From: an uncultured Microthrixaceae bacterium
GTDB taxonomy: Bacteria > Actinomycetota > Acidimicrobiia > Acidimicrobiales > Acidimicrobilacustridaceae
Assembly (NCBI GenBank): GCA_963740985.1
Contig: CAVUGJ010000002.1
Coordinates: 4,591,105-4,655,104 of the forward strand
Direction of reading: 5' to 3'
DNA length: 64,000 nt
Shown: positions 26,692 to 36,634 of the stretch, piece after piece
Layout of the letters: each line of letters opens with the position of its first letter
Numbering within the stretch: position 1 is the first letter of the stretch
Made by a program: the position numbers and the translations under genes
Notes under the pieces: model-generated
Databases searched by the model: none
Seen by the model: the letters and a program-made list of their open reading frames with translations, nothing else
Told to the model about the DNA's origin: nothing

Positions 26692-28686
26692 ATGGGCCCA
26701 CTGGTGCATGTCGATCGGCCCCTCCAGGCCGTAGACTCGCCTGTCACTTCTCTGAGGATCGACTGGTTGAGCATCCCTGACCCCACCCCCGATCGCGACC
26801 AGCGCCCTGCCCGGCCTCAGCCCGGGCCGACGGCGGACGGGGATCCCAACGTCCTGCGTCACTACGTCGGGGTGCTGCGGCGCCGCTACTACTGGATCGT
26901 GCTGGGTCTGGTGGTCGGACTGGTGGGCGGGTTCGTCTCCACGCTGTTCGTGCACGTGAGCCACGACCCGGTCAGCTACTACAAGGCCACCAACACCCTG
27001 CTCGCCCCCACGTCGAACTCCAGCGCCGGCGACAACTCGTCGCAGATCAACCTCCAGCAGGCGGCCTTCCTGCTGCGCTCGGCGGCGGTGACCAACGAGG
27101 TGGCCAAGAAGCTGGACGTGACCGCCGACGTGGTCAACAACCAGCTGGCCGCCAGTCCCCGCAGCGACGTGCAGGCGGTGGACGTGACCGCCATCTCCAC
27201 CGATCCCAAGAAGGCGGTGCAGATGGCCAACGTGGCCGCCACCGCCCTCAACGAGTACGTCCTGTCCGAGACCCGCACGCAGTACACCCAGGATGTCGGC
27301 ACGGCCAAGAAGAAGGTCGACGACCTCCAGAGCCAGCAGAGCGCCCTCGAGGCCTCGCTCACCGAGAAGGGCGCCAACCCCGACCTGATCAACGCCCAGA
27401 TCGAGTCGACGGTGAACCAGTACCGCGTCGAGTACGACCAGTACCAGGCGCTCCTCACCGCGGGGTTCCCCACCGCCGGGATGTCCACCGCCGCGCCGGC
27501 CACCCCGGTGCAGATCAGCGGTCGGGCCTACCAGTACCGCCTCAGCCAGAACATCAACAGCCGAGGGGCCATCAACGGGGTCGCCGCCGCCCCGCCGACC
27601 TTCGACGAGACCGACCTGAGCACGGCTCCGCCCGTGTCGAAGAAGCTGCGACTGGCCATCGGGGCGACCGCCGGACTGGTGATGGGCGTCGCCACCGCCT
27701 TCCTGGTCGAGGCCTGGGACGACCGTCTCCGCCGACGTGACCGGGTCGAGGCCATCACGGGCTTCCCGGTCATCGCCGAGATCCCCAAGCTGACCCGCCA
27801 GCAGGCGCGTGACCACTCCATCCCGGCGGTGGACGCACCGGGTTCGCGGGCCGCGGAACGCTACCGGGCCGCCCGCACTGCCATCCTGTTCGGACTGGAC
27901 CACGTGAGCCGGCCCGACGACGACCAGGGCACCGGTCGGGTCTTCGCGCCGGTGGTCATGGTGACCTCGCCCAACCCGGGCGAAGGCAAGACGACCACGG
28001 TGGCCAGCCTGGCCGCGGTGCTCGGCGACAACGGCCTGCGCACGCTGGTCATCGACTGCGACTTCCGCAAGCCGGCCGTGTCGCGCTACCTGGCTCCCAG
28101 CCTGAACCTGGTCGAGCCGGGCCTCCCGGTGCCCACCCGCCTGGAGGGGGTCTCGTTCCTGGCGGCTCCCCGCAGCATCGACAGTCCGGCCGACGCCGTG
28201 ACCCGGCTGCGCCAGGCGGTGGCCGAGTTCCGCAGCCAGTTCGACCTGCTCCTGCTGGACACCCCGCCGATGCTGACCACCAACGACGCCAGCGACCTGC
28301 TGGGGGTGGCTGACGCGGTGGTGATGGTGCTGCGTGCCGGCCAGACGCGCACCGGGCCGGCTCAGCGTGCGTCGATCGTGTTGAACCGCTTCCGGGCCGA
28401 GGTCCTGGGGGTGGTGTTCAACGGGTGCGAGGACTCCGAGATGGACAGCTACTACGGCTATGGCGACAGCTACGGCTACGGCTACCTCGACGCCTCCCGA
28501 ACGCCCGTGGAGCGACCGGGAGCTCCGACTCCGCCGTCGACCGCACCGCCGGCGCCGCCACTGGCCGCCCGCAACGGCCGAGCCACGACGCCGGTGGCCG
28601 ATGCGTCGGCTCCGACGACCCCGGTCACGGGAGCTCCTACGACCCCGACCCCACCGGCTGCGCCCCCGTCGTCGGGGGGGACTTGA
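26692..28686 (+). CDS. Polysaccharide biosynthesis tyrosine autokinase / chain-length determinant (Wzc-like)
   Basis: Wzz-like N-terminal half with TMs and a coiled coil. Walker A VTSPNPGEGKTTTVASLA; LVIDCDFRKP; DLLLLDTPP. C-terminal Tyr cluster SYYGYGDSYGYGYLD. The start is uncertain (TTG 26766 has a GAGGA RBS). Confidence 0.85.
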   Translation: MGPLVHVDRPLQAVDSPVTSLRIDWLSIPDPTPDRDQRPARPQPGPTADGDPNVLRHYVGVLRRRYYWIVLGLVVGLVGGFVSTLFVHVSHDPVSYYKATNTLLAPTSNSSAGDNSSQINLQQAAFLLRSAAVTNEVAKKLDVTADVVNNQLAASPRSDVQAVDVTAISTDPKKAVQMANVAATALNEYVLSETRTQYTQDVGTAKKKVDDLQSQQSALEASLTEKGANPDLINAQIESTVNQYRVEYDQYQALLTAGFPTAGMSTAAPATPVQISGRAYQYRLSQNINSRGAINGVAAAPPTFDETDLSTAPPVSKKLRLAIGATAGLVMGVATAFLVEAWDDRLRRRDRVEAITGFPVIAEIPKLTRQQARDHSIPAVDAPGSRAAERYRAARTAILFGLDHVSRPDDDQGTGRVFAPVVMVTSPNPGEGKTTTVASLAAVLGDNGLRTLVIDCDFRKPAVSRYLAPSLNLVEPGLPVPTRLEGVSFLAAPRSIDSPADAVTRLRQAVAEFRSQFDLLLLDTPPMLTTNDASDLLGVADAVVMVLRAGQTRTGPAQRASIVLNRFRAEVLGVVFNGCEDSEMDSYYGYGDSYGYGYLDASRTPVERPGAPTPPSTAPPAPPLAARNGRATTPVADASAPTTPVTGAPTTPTPPAAPPSSGGT

Positions 28687-28856
28687 GCTAGGTCCGCCCC
28701 AACCGCGATGCCCACCATCCCCGTTCGAGATGGGACTTTGCTACGGTGAACGGGTCGTGGCAGGTCCATCTGGGGAGGGTGTGATGGGCCGCCGGGCGGG
28801 CACATTGCGAACGGTCCACCCCTGACGAGACTCCCGATCCCTCAGAAGGCGCTGCG

Positions 28857-30464
28857 TTGCTCGAGCAGATCGAACCCCGGCATGGCACCCACCTCAGCCA
28901 GACGGATGAGATCGTGTCGCTGAACCCGCCGCGGGTCGACGACCGAGGTGAGGGTGCCCAGGATGGCGCCGGCCACCAAGACCTGTCCTCGCTCGACCTG
29001 GGTCTGTCCGCCCTGGCGTCCGACGCCCCGCCGCCGCCCCGGCGCCAATGGGAGCGGCGACTGCTGGGCGCGGTGGTGCTGGCCGACGCGCTGGCTGTGC
29101 TCCTGGCCAGCCTGGTGTCGTGGGCGTTGCGCAACCAGACCGGTGGCACCTCCATCACCGTCGGCTCGACCGAGGTTCCCTACCTGGTCCTGGCCATCCT
29201 GGCCGTTCCGGTGTGGCTGTTGTTCCTGGCCGTGGGCGGCGCCTACGACCCGTCCCTGCTGGGTGACGGGGCCGTCGAGTACTCGAAGGTGGCCAGCATG
29301 GCCGCCGGCCTGCTGACCGTGGTGTGCGCGGTGTCGTTCCTGTTCAACATCGACCTGTCCCGCAGCCTCATCGCGGTGTTCTTCCCCGCCCTGGTGGTGT
29401 TCGGCGTGTTCAACCGTTGGGTGGTGCGCAAGTCCCTGCACCGACGGCGTCTGCGTGGCGAGGCTCTCCGTCAGATCGTGGTGGTGGGCGATGCCGCGTC
29501 GGTGGCCCACCTCGATGCCCATCTGAAGCGCCTCACCCACGCCGGATACCAGGTGGTCGGCGCGTACCTGCCCGACAGCACCCGTGACGATCCGCTCACC
29601 ACCGCCTCGGAGTTCCCGCCCGTGCGGGGCGAGCCCGACCAGCTGATCACCGATCTCGACGCCATGGAGGTGGACGCCATCGCCGTCACCGGCCACGGGC
29701 TGTTCCACTCCGAGTCGCTGCGGTCGCTGGCCTGGCGCCTGCACGGCACCGGCATCCAGCTGCTGATGGCCCCCGACCTGGTCGACATCGCCGGGCCCCG
29801 CATCGTGTCGCGTCCGGCGGGCGGGCTGCCCATGCTGCTGGTGGAGGAGCCCCGCACCACTGGCCCGGCCCGGGTCATCAAGTCGGTCACCGAGCGGGTG
29901 CTGGCGCTGGTCATCCTGGTCGTGACCCTGCCTATCCTGTTGATCCTGGCCCTGCTGATCAAGCTGACCAGCCGCGGGCCGGTGCTGTTCCGCCAGGTCC
30001 GGGTGGGTCGCGACGGCATGACCTTCGAGATGCTCAAGTTCCGCTCCATGGTGGAGGACGCTGACCGCCAGCGCTCCAAGCTGCTCGAGCTCAACGAGGG
30101 CGACGGCCCGCTGTTCAAGATCCGACGCGATCCCCGGGTCACCCCCCTCGGTCGGTGGCTACGGCGCTACTCGCTCGACGAGCTGCCGCAGCTGTGGAAC
30201 GTGGTGCGCGGGGACATGGCCATGGTCGGCCCTCGACCACCGCTGCCCAGCGAGGTGGCCAAGTACGGCGGCGACATCGGGCGTCGCCTGATGGTCAAGC
30301 CCGGCATCACCGGTCTCTGGCAGGTGAGCGGTCGGGCCGAGCTGTCGTGGACCGAAGCGGTGCGCATCGACCTGTATTACGTGGAGAACTGGTCCCTGGC
30401 GCTCGACATGGCCATCTTGGTGAAGACGGCCAAGACTGTGCTCACCGCTTCAGGCGCCTACTAG
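28857..30464 (+). CDS. Exopolysaccharide priming enzyme: polyprenyl glycosylphosphotransferase (bacterial sugar transferase family)
   Basis: N-terminal TMs, a central Rossmann-like domain, and the C-terminal signature ...GPVLFRQVRVGRDGMTFEMLKFRSM...DPRVTPLGRWLRRYSLDELPQLWNVVRGDMAMVGPRPP...PGITGLWQVSGR. The start is uncertain. Confidence 0.9.
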   Translation: MLEQIEPRHGTHLSQTDEIVSLNPPRVDDRGEGAQDGAGHQDLSSLDLGLSALASDAPPPPRRQWERRLLGAVVLADALAVLLASLVSWALRNQTGGTSITVGSTEVPYLVLAILAVPVWLLFLAVGGAYDPSLLGDGAVEYSKVASMAAGLLTVVCAVSFLFNIDLSRSLIAVFFPALVVFGVFNRWVVRKSLHRRRLRGEALRQIVVVGDAASVAHLDAHLKRLTHAGYQVVGAYLPDSTRDDPLTTASEFPPVRGEPDQLITDLDAMEVDAIAVTGHGLFHSESLRSLAWRLHGTGIQLLMAPDLVDIAGPRIVSRPAGGLPMLLVEEPRTTGPARVIKSVTERVLALVILVVTLPILLILALLIKLTSRGPVLFRQVRVGRDGMTFEMLKFRSMVEDADRQRSKLLELNEGDGPLFKIRRDPRVTPLGRWLRRYSLDELPQLWNVVRGDMAMVGPRPPLPSEVAKYGGDIGRRLMVKPGITGLWQVSGRAELSWTEAVRIDLYYVENWSLALDMAILVKTAKTVLTASGAY

Positions 30465-32853
30465 CCCAGTCGGCTCGGTCGGGTCTCAGCCCGCGGTCGC
30501 CGTCGGCCGCGGGTCGACGTCGGCCCACGGCGATGGATCGTCCGACCAAGCTCGCTCGGTGCCCGGCGCGGCGCAGGGGCACCACCGGGCAGGGAAGCGA
30601 TTCGGCCTCCACTCCGGCTACGTCGGCCACCACGGCCTGGATGCGGGCCGCGAAGGCCTCGGCCGAGAACAGGGCGGCCCGAGCCTCGATGATGGTCCGA
30701 TCCCACGAGCGGGAGCGCAGCTGCAGCAGGCCCCGGCACACGTCGGCCGGTCGGGTCCCGTCGAACAGCACGCCCGTCTCGCCTTCGACCACCGTCTCGG
30801 GGAAGCCGCCCTCGCGCACGGCCACCACCGGCGTCCCGAACTGCATGGCCTCGAGGGGGGTCAGCCCGAAGTCGTCGTGGGCCGCGGTGACCAGGGCCTC
30901 GGCGTTGGCGTAGAGCCATCGCAACTGGTCGTCGCGCACCTCTTCGAGCCACACGGTGCCTGCCGGGGCGAAGGCGTCGAGGCGGGCTCGGTCAGGTCCG
31001 CGGCCCACCACCACCAGGCGGGTGGGCCTGGCCGCGCCAGCGCCCTGGTTGAGCAGCTCGACGCCACCCAGCACGGCGTCGATGCGCTTGTAGGGGAGCA
31101 GCCGCGACACCGTCAGCAGGAAGCCTGGCTCGAGGCCGGGAACCGGGACGTGGTGCCCGGCCCGGTTCAGTCCGGGGGGCGGGTGCACGATCTCGGACTC
31201 GCGCCCCCAGTGGCGACGCACCCGATCGCGGGTCACCGCCGAGTTGACCAGGATCACGTCGGCGGCCGCGGCGTTGCGCCGGTCCCACCGTCGCAACGGC
31301 GCCGCGAACGGAGCCAGACCCAGTCGGTACCAGAACGGCATGCCGTCGAGGTACTCCTCGGACTGGTAGAGCCAACGGGCGGTGTTGTGGACGTAGAGGA
31401 CCTTGGCGCCGCTGGTGCGCATGCCGTGAGCCCATCCGGGTGTGCTGCAGACCGTGACGTCGGCGTCGACGTGCATGCGACTGACCACCGGGGCCAGCAC
31501 GGGCAGGGCCAGGCGCGGGTTGCGCCGCAACGTCCCCAGGCGCTGCAAGGGGCTGGTGATGACCCGCGCCTCGCCGAACGAGCTGAAGGTGCGAGCCTGT
31601 TCGTGGACGGTGGTATGGATGGCCGCCTCGGGGAAGGTGTCGTGAAGCGCCAGCACCACCCGTTCGGCACCGCCGCGCTGGGTCAGGTAGTCATGCGCGA
31701 TGGCCACCGACGGTCGCGTCGGGGTGTCTGTCGAGGTGGACGAAGCGACGCCGTCGCGTGCCGGGGTGCCGCGCCCCTTCCGGGCGCGCCCGAGGAGACG
31801 CGGTCGCCGGCCCTGGGAGACCGTGTCCAGGTAGAGCGCCTCGAGATCGTCCACGTGGCGCTCGATGCGGAACTGCGCCTCGAAGCGCTCCTGCAGCCGG
31901 CGGGAGGCCGCGGCCCGACGGGTCGGATCCAGGGCCAGGATGCGAAGCCGGGTGGCCGCTCCCTCCACGTCGCCAGGTACGAACAGCGTCTCGGGCGTGA
32001 CCGGGCCCAGGGTCTCCAGGTGGCCGCCCCCGGCCGCGGCCACCACCGGCAGACCGGCGGCCATGGCCTCGACCACGGTCAGACCGAAGGCCTCGTCGGG
32101 GCGGGGGGCCAACAGGATGGAGGCCGTGGCCATCCGGGCCAGGACGTCGGGATCGTGGCCCACGAAGTCGATCGAGTCGGCTACGCCCAGTTGCTCGGCC
32201 AGTGCTTCGAGCTGCGCCCCCTGGGCCCCGCTTCCGGCCACCACCAGGCGCCAGCCCAGCGCGGGCAAACCCGAGCGCTCCCAGGCCTGGAGGGCCACGT
32301 CGGTGGCCTTCTCCAGCTCGAGGCGTTGGGCCACCAACACGATGGGCTCCCGGACGGCGACGTCCTCGGTGGCCACGGGGGTCGGGGCGGGGATGCCCAT
32401 CGTGACCACCCGGGGGTTGCCCGGCGCGGTCAGGGCCACGTAGTCGCTGACCGCCACCTCGACGCCCAACCCGGCACGCAGGCTGCGGTAGGCCAGGCGG
32501 GTGAGAGGCGAATGGCCCCGTCCGCCGGCGAAGTGCAGCGTGCTGACCACGGGTCGACGCATCAGCGCGGCCGGGCCGATGGTGGCGATGTCGGCCGCGG
32601 TCATGTGGGTGTGCAGGACGTCGGGTCGAGGGCCGGCCATGGCCTGACGGCCGATCTCGAGGAGGGTGTCGGCGGGCAGGTAGGTGACCTCGGTGTCGTC
32701 CAGGGCGGCCCGCATCAAGGCGGGTTGGCCACCCAGCACCGACACCTGATGGCCGCGCCGGGCCAACTCCGGGGCCACATAGGTCAGGTATCGTTCAACG
32801 CCAGCGAAACCGCTGGATCGGACGAGGTGTCGGATGTGCAGACGACGGCTCAT
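30442..32853 (-). CDS. Tandem fusion of two GT4-type glycosyltransferase modules in one ORF
   Basis: Module 1: MSRRLHIRHLVRSSGFAGVERY...EAFGLTVVEAMAAGLPVV. An Arg/Ser/Thr linker follows. Module 2: VAIAHDYLTQRGGAERVV...DDFGLTPLEAMQFGTPVV. No in-frame stop separates them. An internal GTG at 31708 could start module 2 separately. Confidence 0.7.
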   Translation of the reverse strand: MSRRLHIRHLVRSSGFAGVERYLTYVAPELARRGHQVSVLGGQPALMRAALDDTEVTYLPADTLLEIGRQAMAGPRPDVLHTHMTAADIATIGPAALMRRPVVSTLHFAGGRGHSPLTRLAYRSLRAGLGVEVAVSDYVALTAPGNPRVVTMGIPAPTPVATEDVAVREPIVLVAQRLELEKATDVALQAWERSGLPALGWRLVVAGSGAQGAQLEALAEQLGVADSIDFVGHDPDVLARMATASILLAPRPDEAFGLTVVEAMAAGLPVVAAAGGGHLETLGPVTPETLFVPGDVEGAATRLRILALDPTRRAAASRRLQERFEAQFRIERHVDDLEALYLDTVSQGRRPRLLGRARKGRGTPARDGVASSTSTDTPTRPSVAIAHDYLTQRGGAERVVLALHDTFPEAAIHTTVHEQARTFSSFGEARVITSPLQRLGTLRRNPRLALPVLAPVVSRMHVDADVTVCSTPGWAHGMRTSGAKVLYVHNTARWLYQSEEYLDGMPFWYRLGLAPFAAPLRRWDRRNAAAADVILVNSAVTRDRVRRHWGRESEIVHPPPGLNRAGHHVPVPGLEPGFLLTVSRLLPYKRIDAVLGGVELLNQGAGAARPTRLVVVGRGPDRARLDAFAPAGTVWLEEVRDDQLRWLYANAEALVTAAHDDFGLTPLEAMQFGTPVVAVREGGFPETVVEGETGVLFDGTRPADVCRGLLQLRSRSWDRTIIEARAALFSAEAFAARIQAVVADVAGVEAESLPCPVVPLRRAGHRASLVGRSIAVGRRRPAADGDRGLRPDRADWASRRLKR

Positions 32854-32952
32854 GTGGGGGGACCCGCCCACCCCTCCAGTCGGGGCCGTGGGCCAGCTAA
32901 CGGAGGTACGGGGGTACTCTCCGACTGGGGGCATATTTAGTCATATGTATAC

Positions 32953-34254
32953 TTGGAGCCTGTCGGCCAACCAGGGATCATTGTGAGGCGATTTCTGGTG
33001 GCGGCTCCCGTTGCCGCGGCCCAGTTGGTCGTCGCCACGCTGGCGGCCAGCGAACCCGCGGTGGCCCTGGGACTGGTCGGCGGTCTGGGCGGTCTGGCCA
33101 TCATCCTGGTCGCCCCGCTGGTGCTGCTGATCGGGGTGTTCCCCGGCACCTTCGCCTACTGGCGGGTGGGCCCCGCCTCGGTGGACATGAGCGTCACCGA
33201 CGCCCTGACCATCCTGGGCATCCTGGCCGCCTTGCCCTTCGTGCCGTGGCGCAGCCCCGTACTGCGCCGGATCCTCGTGGCCACCGCGGCCTACGCCGCC
33301 CTGCTGGCCCTGACCGTGGTGGCCCACCCGGCCCAGCGCTCGGCCGTCGAGGTGGTCCACCAGGTGTCGTTGGTGGCCGGGGCCATGCTCATCGGCTCGG
33401 CCGTCGCCCAGTTGGGCCAGGTCCGCCTGGCCCTACGTGTGCTCGTGCTCACCTGCGGGGTCATCTCGTTGGCCGCCGCCCTCGACACCCTGGCCCATCA
33501 CCTGCAACCCGCCTACCCCTTCGGCATCCAGAAGAACGCGGCCGGCGACCTCGTCGTGATGGGCTTGGTGGTGCTGCTGACCGTGCCCCACCGCCTCGGT
33601 TGGCGACGGTTCTGGATCAGTGTGGCGTCGGTGACCCTGCTGGTGGGTCTGGCCGCCAGTGAATCGCGGGGCGCGGCACTGGCGCTGGTGGTGGTCTTCG
33701 CTCTGCACCTGATGCGCCAACGCCGGCTCGGGACCGTCAGCCGCATCACCCGCCTGGCTCCGCTGCTGATCGTGGCCAGCGTGGTCCTCATCGCCATCAG
33801 CGTGGTCACGTACCAGGACCGCGACCTCAACCCCACGACCGAGAAGTTCAACAGCGTGAACACGAGGCTCGACACCTACAGCTACGCCATCCAGCAGAAG
33901 TGGGAGCCGAACCTGGTCTTCGGGGCCGGCCTCAAGTGGTTCTTCGCGCCCGATTCCACCTATGGGGTGCCCCACGATCTGGTCATCGACGAGCTGTCCG
34001 AGGCCGGGCTGGTGGGCTTGTTGGGGATGGTCGTGCTGCTGTGGGTGATCGTGGCCGCCATGCGGCGGTCCTCGAGCGACCTGGGTGAAGCTGGGTACCT
34101 GGCGGTGGTGGCCCACATCCTGCAGGCCTCGGTGGACGTGTTCTGGGTGGCCGGCCCCGGCACCCTGCCGTTCCTGATCGTGGGGTTGGTGGTGGGCGAC
34201 GAGCAGCAGGCCGACGCGGACCGCCCGGTCCGCGTCCTGGCCTTCGCCGGGTGA
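32953..34254 (+). CDS. O-antigen ligase/polymerase family membrane protein (Wzy-like)
   Basis: About 12 predicted TMs with a central loop ...ASESRGAALALVVVF... typical of the O-antigen ligase (Wzy_C) domain. The start is uncertain (GTG 32984 is possible). Confidence 0.7.
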   Translation: MEPVGQPGIIVRRFLVAAPVAAAQLVVATLAASEPAVALGLVGGLGGLAIILVAPLVLLIGVFPGTFAYWRVGPASVDMSVTDALTILGILAALPFVPWRSPVLRRILVATAAYAALLALTVVAHPAQRSAVEVVHQVSLVAGAMLIGSAVAQLGQVRLALRVLVLTCGVISLAAALDTLAHHLQPAYPFGIQKNAAGDLVVMGLVVLLTVPHRLGWRRFWISVASVTLLVGLAASESRGAALALVVVFALHLMRQRRLGTVSRITRLAPLLIVASVVLIAISVVTYQDRDLNPTTEKFNSVNTRLDTYSYAIQQKWEPNLVFGAGLKWFFAPDSTYGVPHDLVIDELSEAGLVGLLGMVVLLWVIVAAMRRSSSDLGEAGYLAVVAHILQASVDVFWVAGPGTLPFLIVGLVVGDEQQADADRPVRVLAFAG

Positions 34255-35471
34255 GCCGGGACGGGTCCGCACCCGCCGGGCTGGCTGTGCTGCGCGTCTA
34301 CCACTCGGGCGTGGTGGGCGAGTGGCGCGGGCGAGACCGAGCCCTGCGGGCGCTCGGGGTGGACGTCGTGTTGGTGAGCGCTCGTCGCTGGAACGAAGGG
34401 GGTGGAGACGTCGCCCTCGTGGCCGGTGACGACGCCTTCGTGGTCTCGGCGCGGACGCTGGGTCGCCATCCCTACCGGTTCGTGTACGACCCCCGGCCCC
34501 TGTGGCGGGCGTTGCGCGCCCGTCCCGTCGACCTCATCGATGTGCACGAGGAGCCCGCCAGCCTGGCCGCGGCCGAAGTGATGGTGCTGGCCCGCCTGGC
34601 CGGGCGCGGCGCACCGATGTGCCTGTACTCGGCCCAGAACATCCACAAGCGGTTCCCCGTGCCGTTCCGCTGGATCGAGCGGGCCACGCTGCGTCGGGCG
34701 GCGGGCATCCACACCTGCAACCAGCAGGCCGGGCGCATCCTTCGCCACAAGGGCTTCGCCGGCAGGATCGCCGATCTCGGACTCGGAGTCGACGTCGAGC
34801 GCTTCGCGCCCGAACCGGGTGGCGACGAGCGCGCCACCGCTACCCCCAGCGTGCCCGTCGCCGATCTCCGGATCGGCTACGTGGGTCGCCTCGAGCCCCA
34901 CAAGGGGGTGGAGGTGCTGGTGGCGGCCGTGGCGGCCACCCCCGGGGTGGTGCTCGAGATCGTGGGTGACGGGCCATCCCGGTCCAGCATCGAGCGAGCC
35001 ATCGAGCGCGGCGGCGTCGATCACCGGGTCGCGCTGGTCGGCCACTCGGACCCCGATGCGCTTCCGGCCACCTACCGGCGACTGGACGTGGTGGTGGTGC
35101 CGTCGCTTCAGACCCCGGCGTGGGTCGAGCAGTTCGGTCGGGTGGCGGTGGAGGCCATGGCCTCGGGCGTGGCCGTAGTGGCATCGCGCACGGGCGCCCT
35201 GCCCGAGGTGGTGGGCCAGGCGGCCTGGTTGGTCGAGCCGGGTGACGTGGCTGGTCTGGCTCAGGCTCTGGGCGCGCTGCGCGACGACCCTGCGGCGCGG
35301 GCTCGCCTGGCCGTGGCCGGGACCCGTCGGGCCCAGCACTACGGCTGGACGTCGGTGGCCCAGCGCCAGGTGTCGCTGTACCGACAGGTCGTCGTCGACG
35401 CCGCTCCAAAAGAACCCGGTCGACAGGTAGAATCCTTACCGCTCAACTCAACAATCCCCGCGGAGTCCTGA
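34251..35471 (+). CDS. Glycosyltransferase family 4 protein
   Basis: GTG start overlaps the upstream stop (GTGA). ...GYVGRLEPHKGVEVL...VVPSLQTPAWVEQFGRVAVEAMASGVAVV... is an E-x7-E type GT4 C-domain. Confidence 0.85.
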   Translation: MSRDGSAPAGLAVLRVYHSGVVGEWRGRDRALRALGVDVVLVSARRWNEGGGDVALVAGDDAFVVSARTLGRHPYRFVYDPRPLWRALRARPVDLIDVHEEPASLAAAEVMVLARLAGRGAPMCLYSAQNIHKRFPVPFRWIERATLRRAAGIHTCNQQAGRILRHKGFAGRIADLGLGVDVERFAPEPGGDERATATPSVPVADLRIGYVGRLEPHKGVEVLVAAVAATPGVVLEIVGDGPSRSSIERAIERGGVDHRVALVGHSDPDALPATYRRLDVVVVPSLQTPAWVEQFGRVAVEAMASGVAVVASRTGALPEVVGQAAWLVEPGDVAGLAQALGALRDDPAARARLAVAGTRRAQHYGWTSVAQRQVSLYRQVVVDAAPKEPGRQVESLPLNSTIPAES

Positions 35472-35474
35472 CCG

Positions 35475-36422
35475 ATGCCTGTCGCCTCGTCTGTGCTCGA
35501 TCTGATCGGCAACACGCCGATGGTGGACGTCAGCTCCCTCAGCCCGAACCCGAAGGTGCGCATCCTGGCCAAGATGGAAGGCCAGAACCCGGCGGGCTCG
35601 GTGAAGGACCGCATCGCCCTCCAGATGATCGCCGAGGCCGAGGCCGACGGCACGCTGACCCCGGGCAAGACCTTGATCGAGCCGTCGTCGGGCAACACCG
35701 GCATCGCCATGGCCATGATCGCCAAGATCAAGGGCTACCCGATCAAGATCGTGCTCCCCGAGAACGTGTCGGTGGAGCGTCGCCAGCTGCTCGAGGTCTG
35801 GGGGGCCGAGATCATCTCCTCGCCCGGCGCGGAGGGTTCCAACGGCGCGGTGCGCATGGCCCAGGCCCTGGCCGCCGAGCACCCGGACTGGGCCTTCCTG
35901 TACCAGTACGCCAACGAGGCCAACCCCCGGGCCCACTACCGCACCACCGGACCCGAGATCTGGCGCGACTGCCCCGAGATCACCCACTTCGTGGCCGGGT
36001 TGGGCACCAGCGGCACCCTCATGGGGGTGGGGACCTTCCTCAAGGAGCAGAACCCGGCCATCCAGGTCATCGCGGTGGAGCCACCGCTGGGCGAGAAGGT
36101 CGAAGGGCTGCGCAACCTGGACGAGGGCTACATCCCGCCGGTGTACGAGAAGTGGGGCGGCCCTGAGCTGCTCGACCGCAAGCGGGTGGTGCGTCCCCGC
36201 GAGTCGATCGAGTGGACGCGGCGGCTGGGTGAGGTCGGCATCTTCTCGGGCATCTCCGCCGGCGCGGCCATGGCGGGGTCGGTGCGGGTGGCCGGCGACA
36301 TCGAGGCGGGCACCATCGTGTTCATCGTGTGCGACTACGGCTGGAAGTACCTCTCCACCGGCGCCTGGACCGACGACATCGACGAGGTCGTGTCGCGGGC
36401 CGAGAAGATCATCTACTTCTGA
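35475..36422 (+). CDS. cysM: Cysteine synthase, CysM type (similar to the O-phosphoserine/CysO-thiocarboxylate dependent enzyme of mycobacteria)
   Basis: GNTPMV...NPAGSVKDRIAL (PLP Lys)...EPSSGNTGIAMA...ENVSVERRQLLEVWGAEI...ITHFVAGLGTSGTLMG...CDYGWKYLSTGAW. Collinear with my recollection of M. tuberculosis CysM. Confidence 0.85.
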   Translation: MPVASSVLDLIGNTPMVDVSSLSPNPKVRILAKMEGQNPAGSVKDRIALQMIAEAEADGTLTPGKTLIEPSSGNTGIAMAMIAKIKGYPIKIVLPENVSVERRQLLEVWGAEIISSPGAEGSNGAVRMAQALAAEHPDWAFLYQYANEANPRAHYRTTGPEIWRDCPEITHFVAGLGTSGTLMGVGTFLKEQNPAIQVIAVEPPLGEKVEGLRNLDEGYIPPVYEKWGGPELLDRKRVVRPRESIEWTRRLGEVGIFSGISAGAAMAGSVRVAGDIEAGTIVFIVCDYGWKYLSTGAWTDDIDEVVSRAEKIIYF

Positions 36423-36634
36423 TCAGACCTTCGCCGCACCGGCGGAGAGCGGTCGGTCCCTGCGCACCGCGGGGCTCTCCGCCAGCCCCGCGGGCGCTCC
36501 CTCCGAAGAGAGGGATCTGCCGACTGGCCGTTCCCGGCTCCAGGGGGCGGCTCCGGGAACGGGGCCAATCGGCTACCAGGCCCACCACGGTCGCTGGTAT
36601 GCCAGACAGAGTCAGCCGCGGGTGGCCGGATACG

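Noticed and set aside
28425-28825. Small ORFs in the Wzc 3' region and the 170-bp spacer before the priming transferase
   Set aside because: They overlap the Pro/Thr-rich tail of Wzc in alternative frames, have poor GC3 and give Arg-rich translations.
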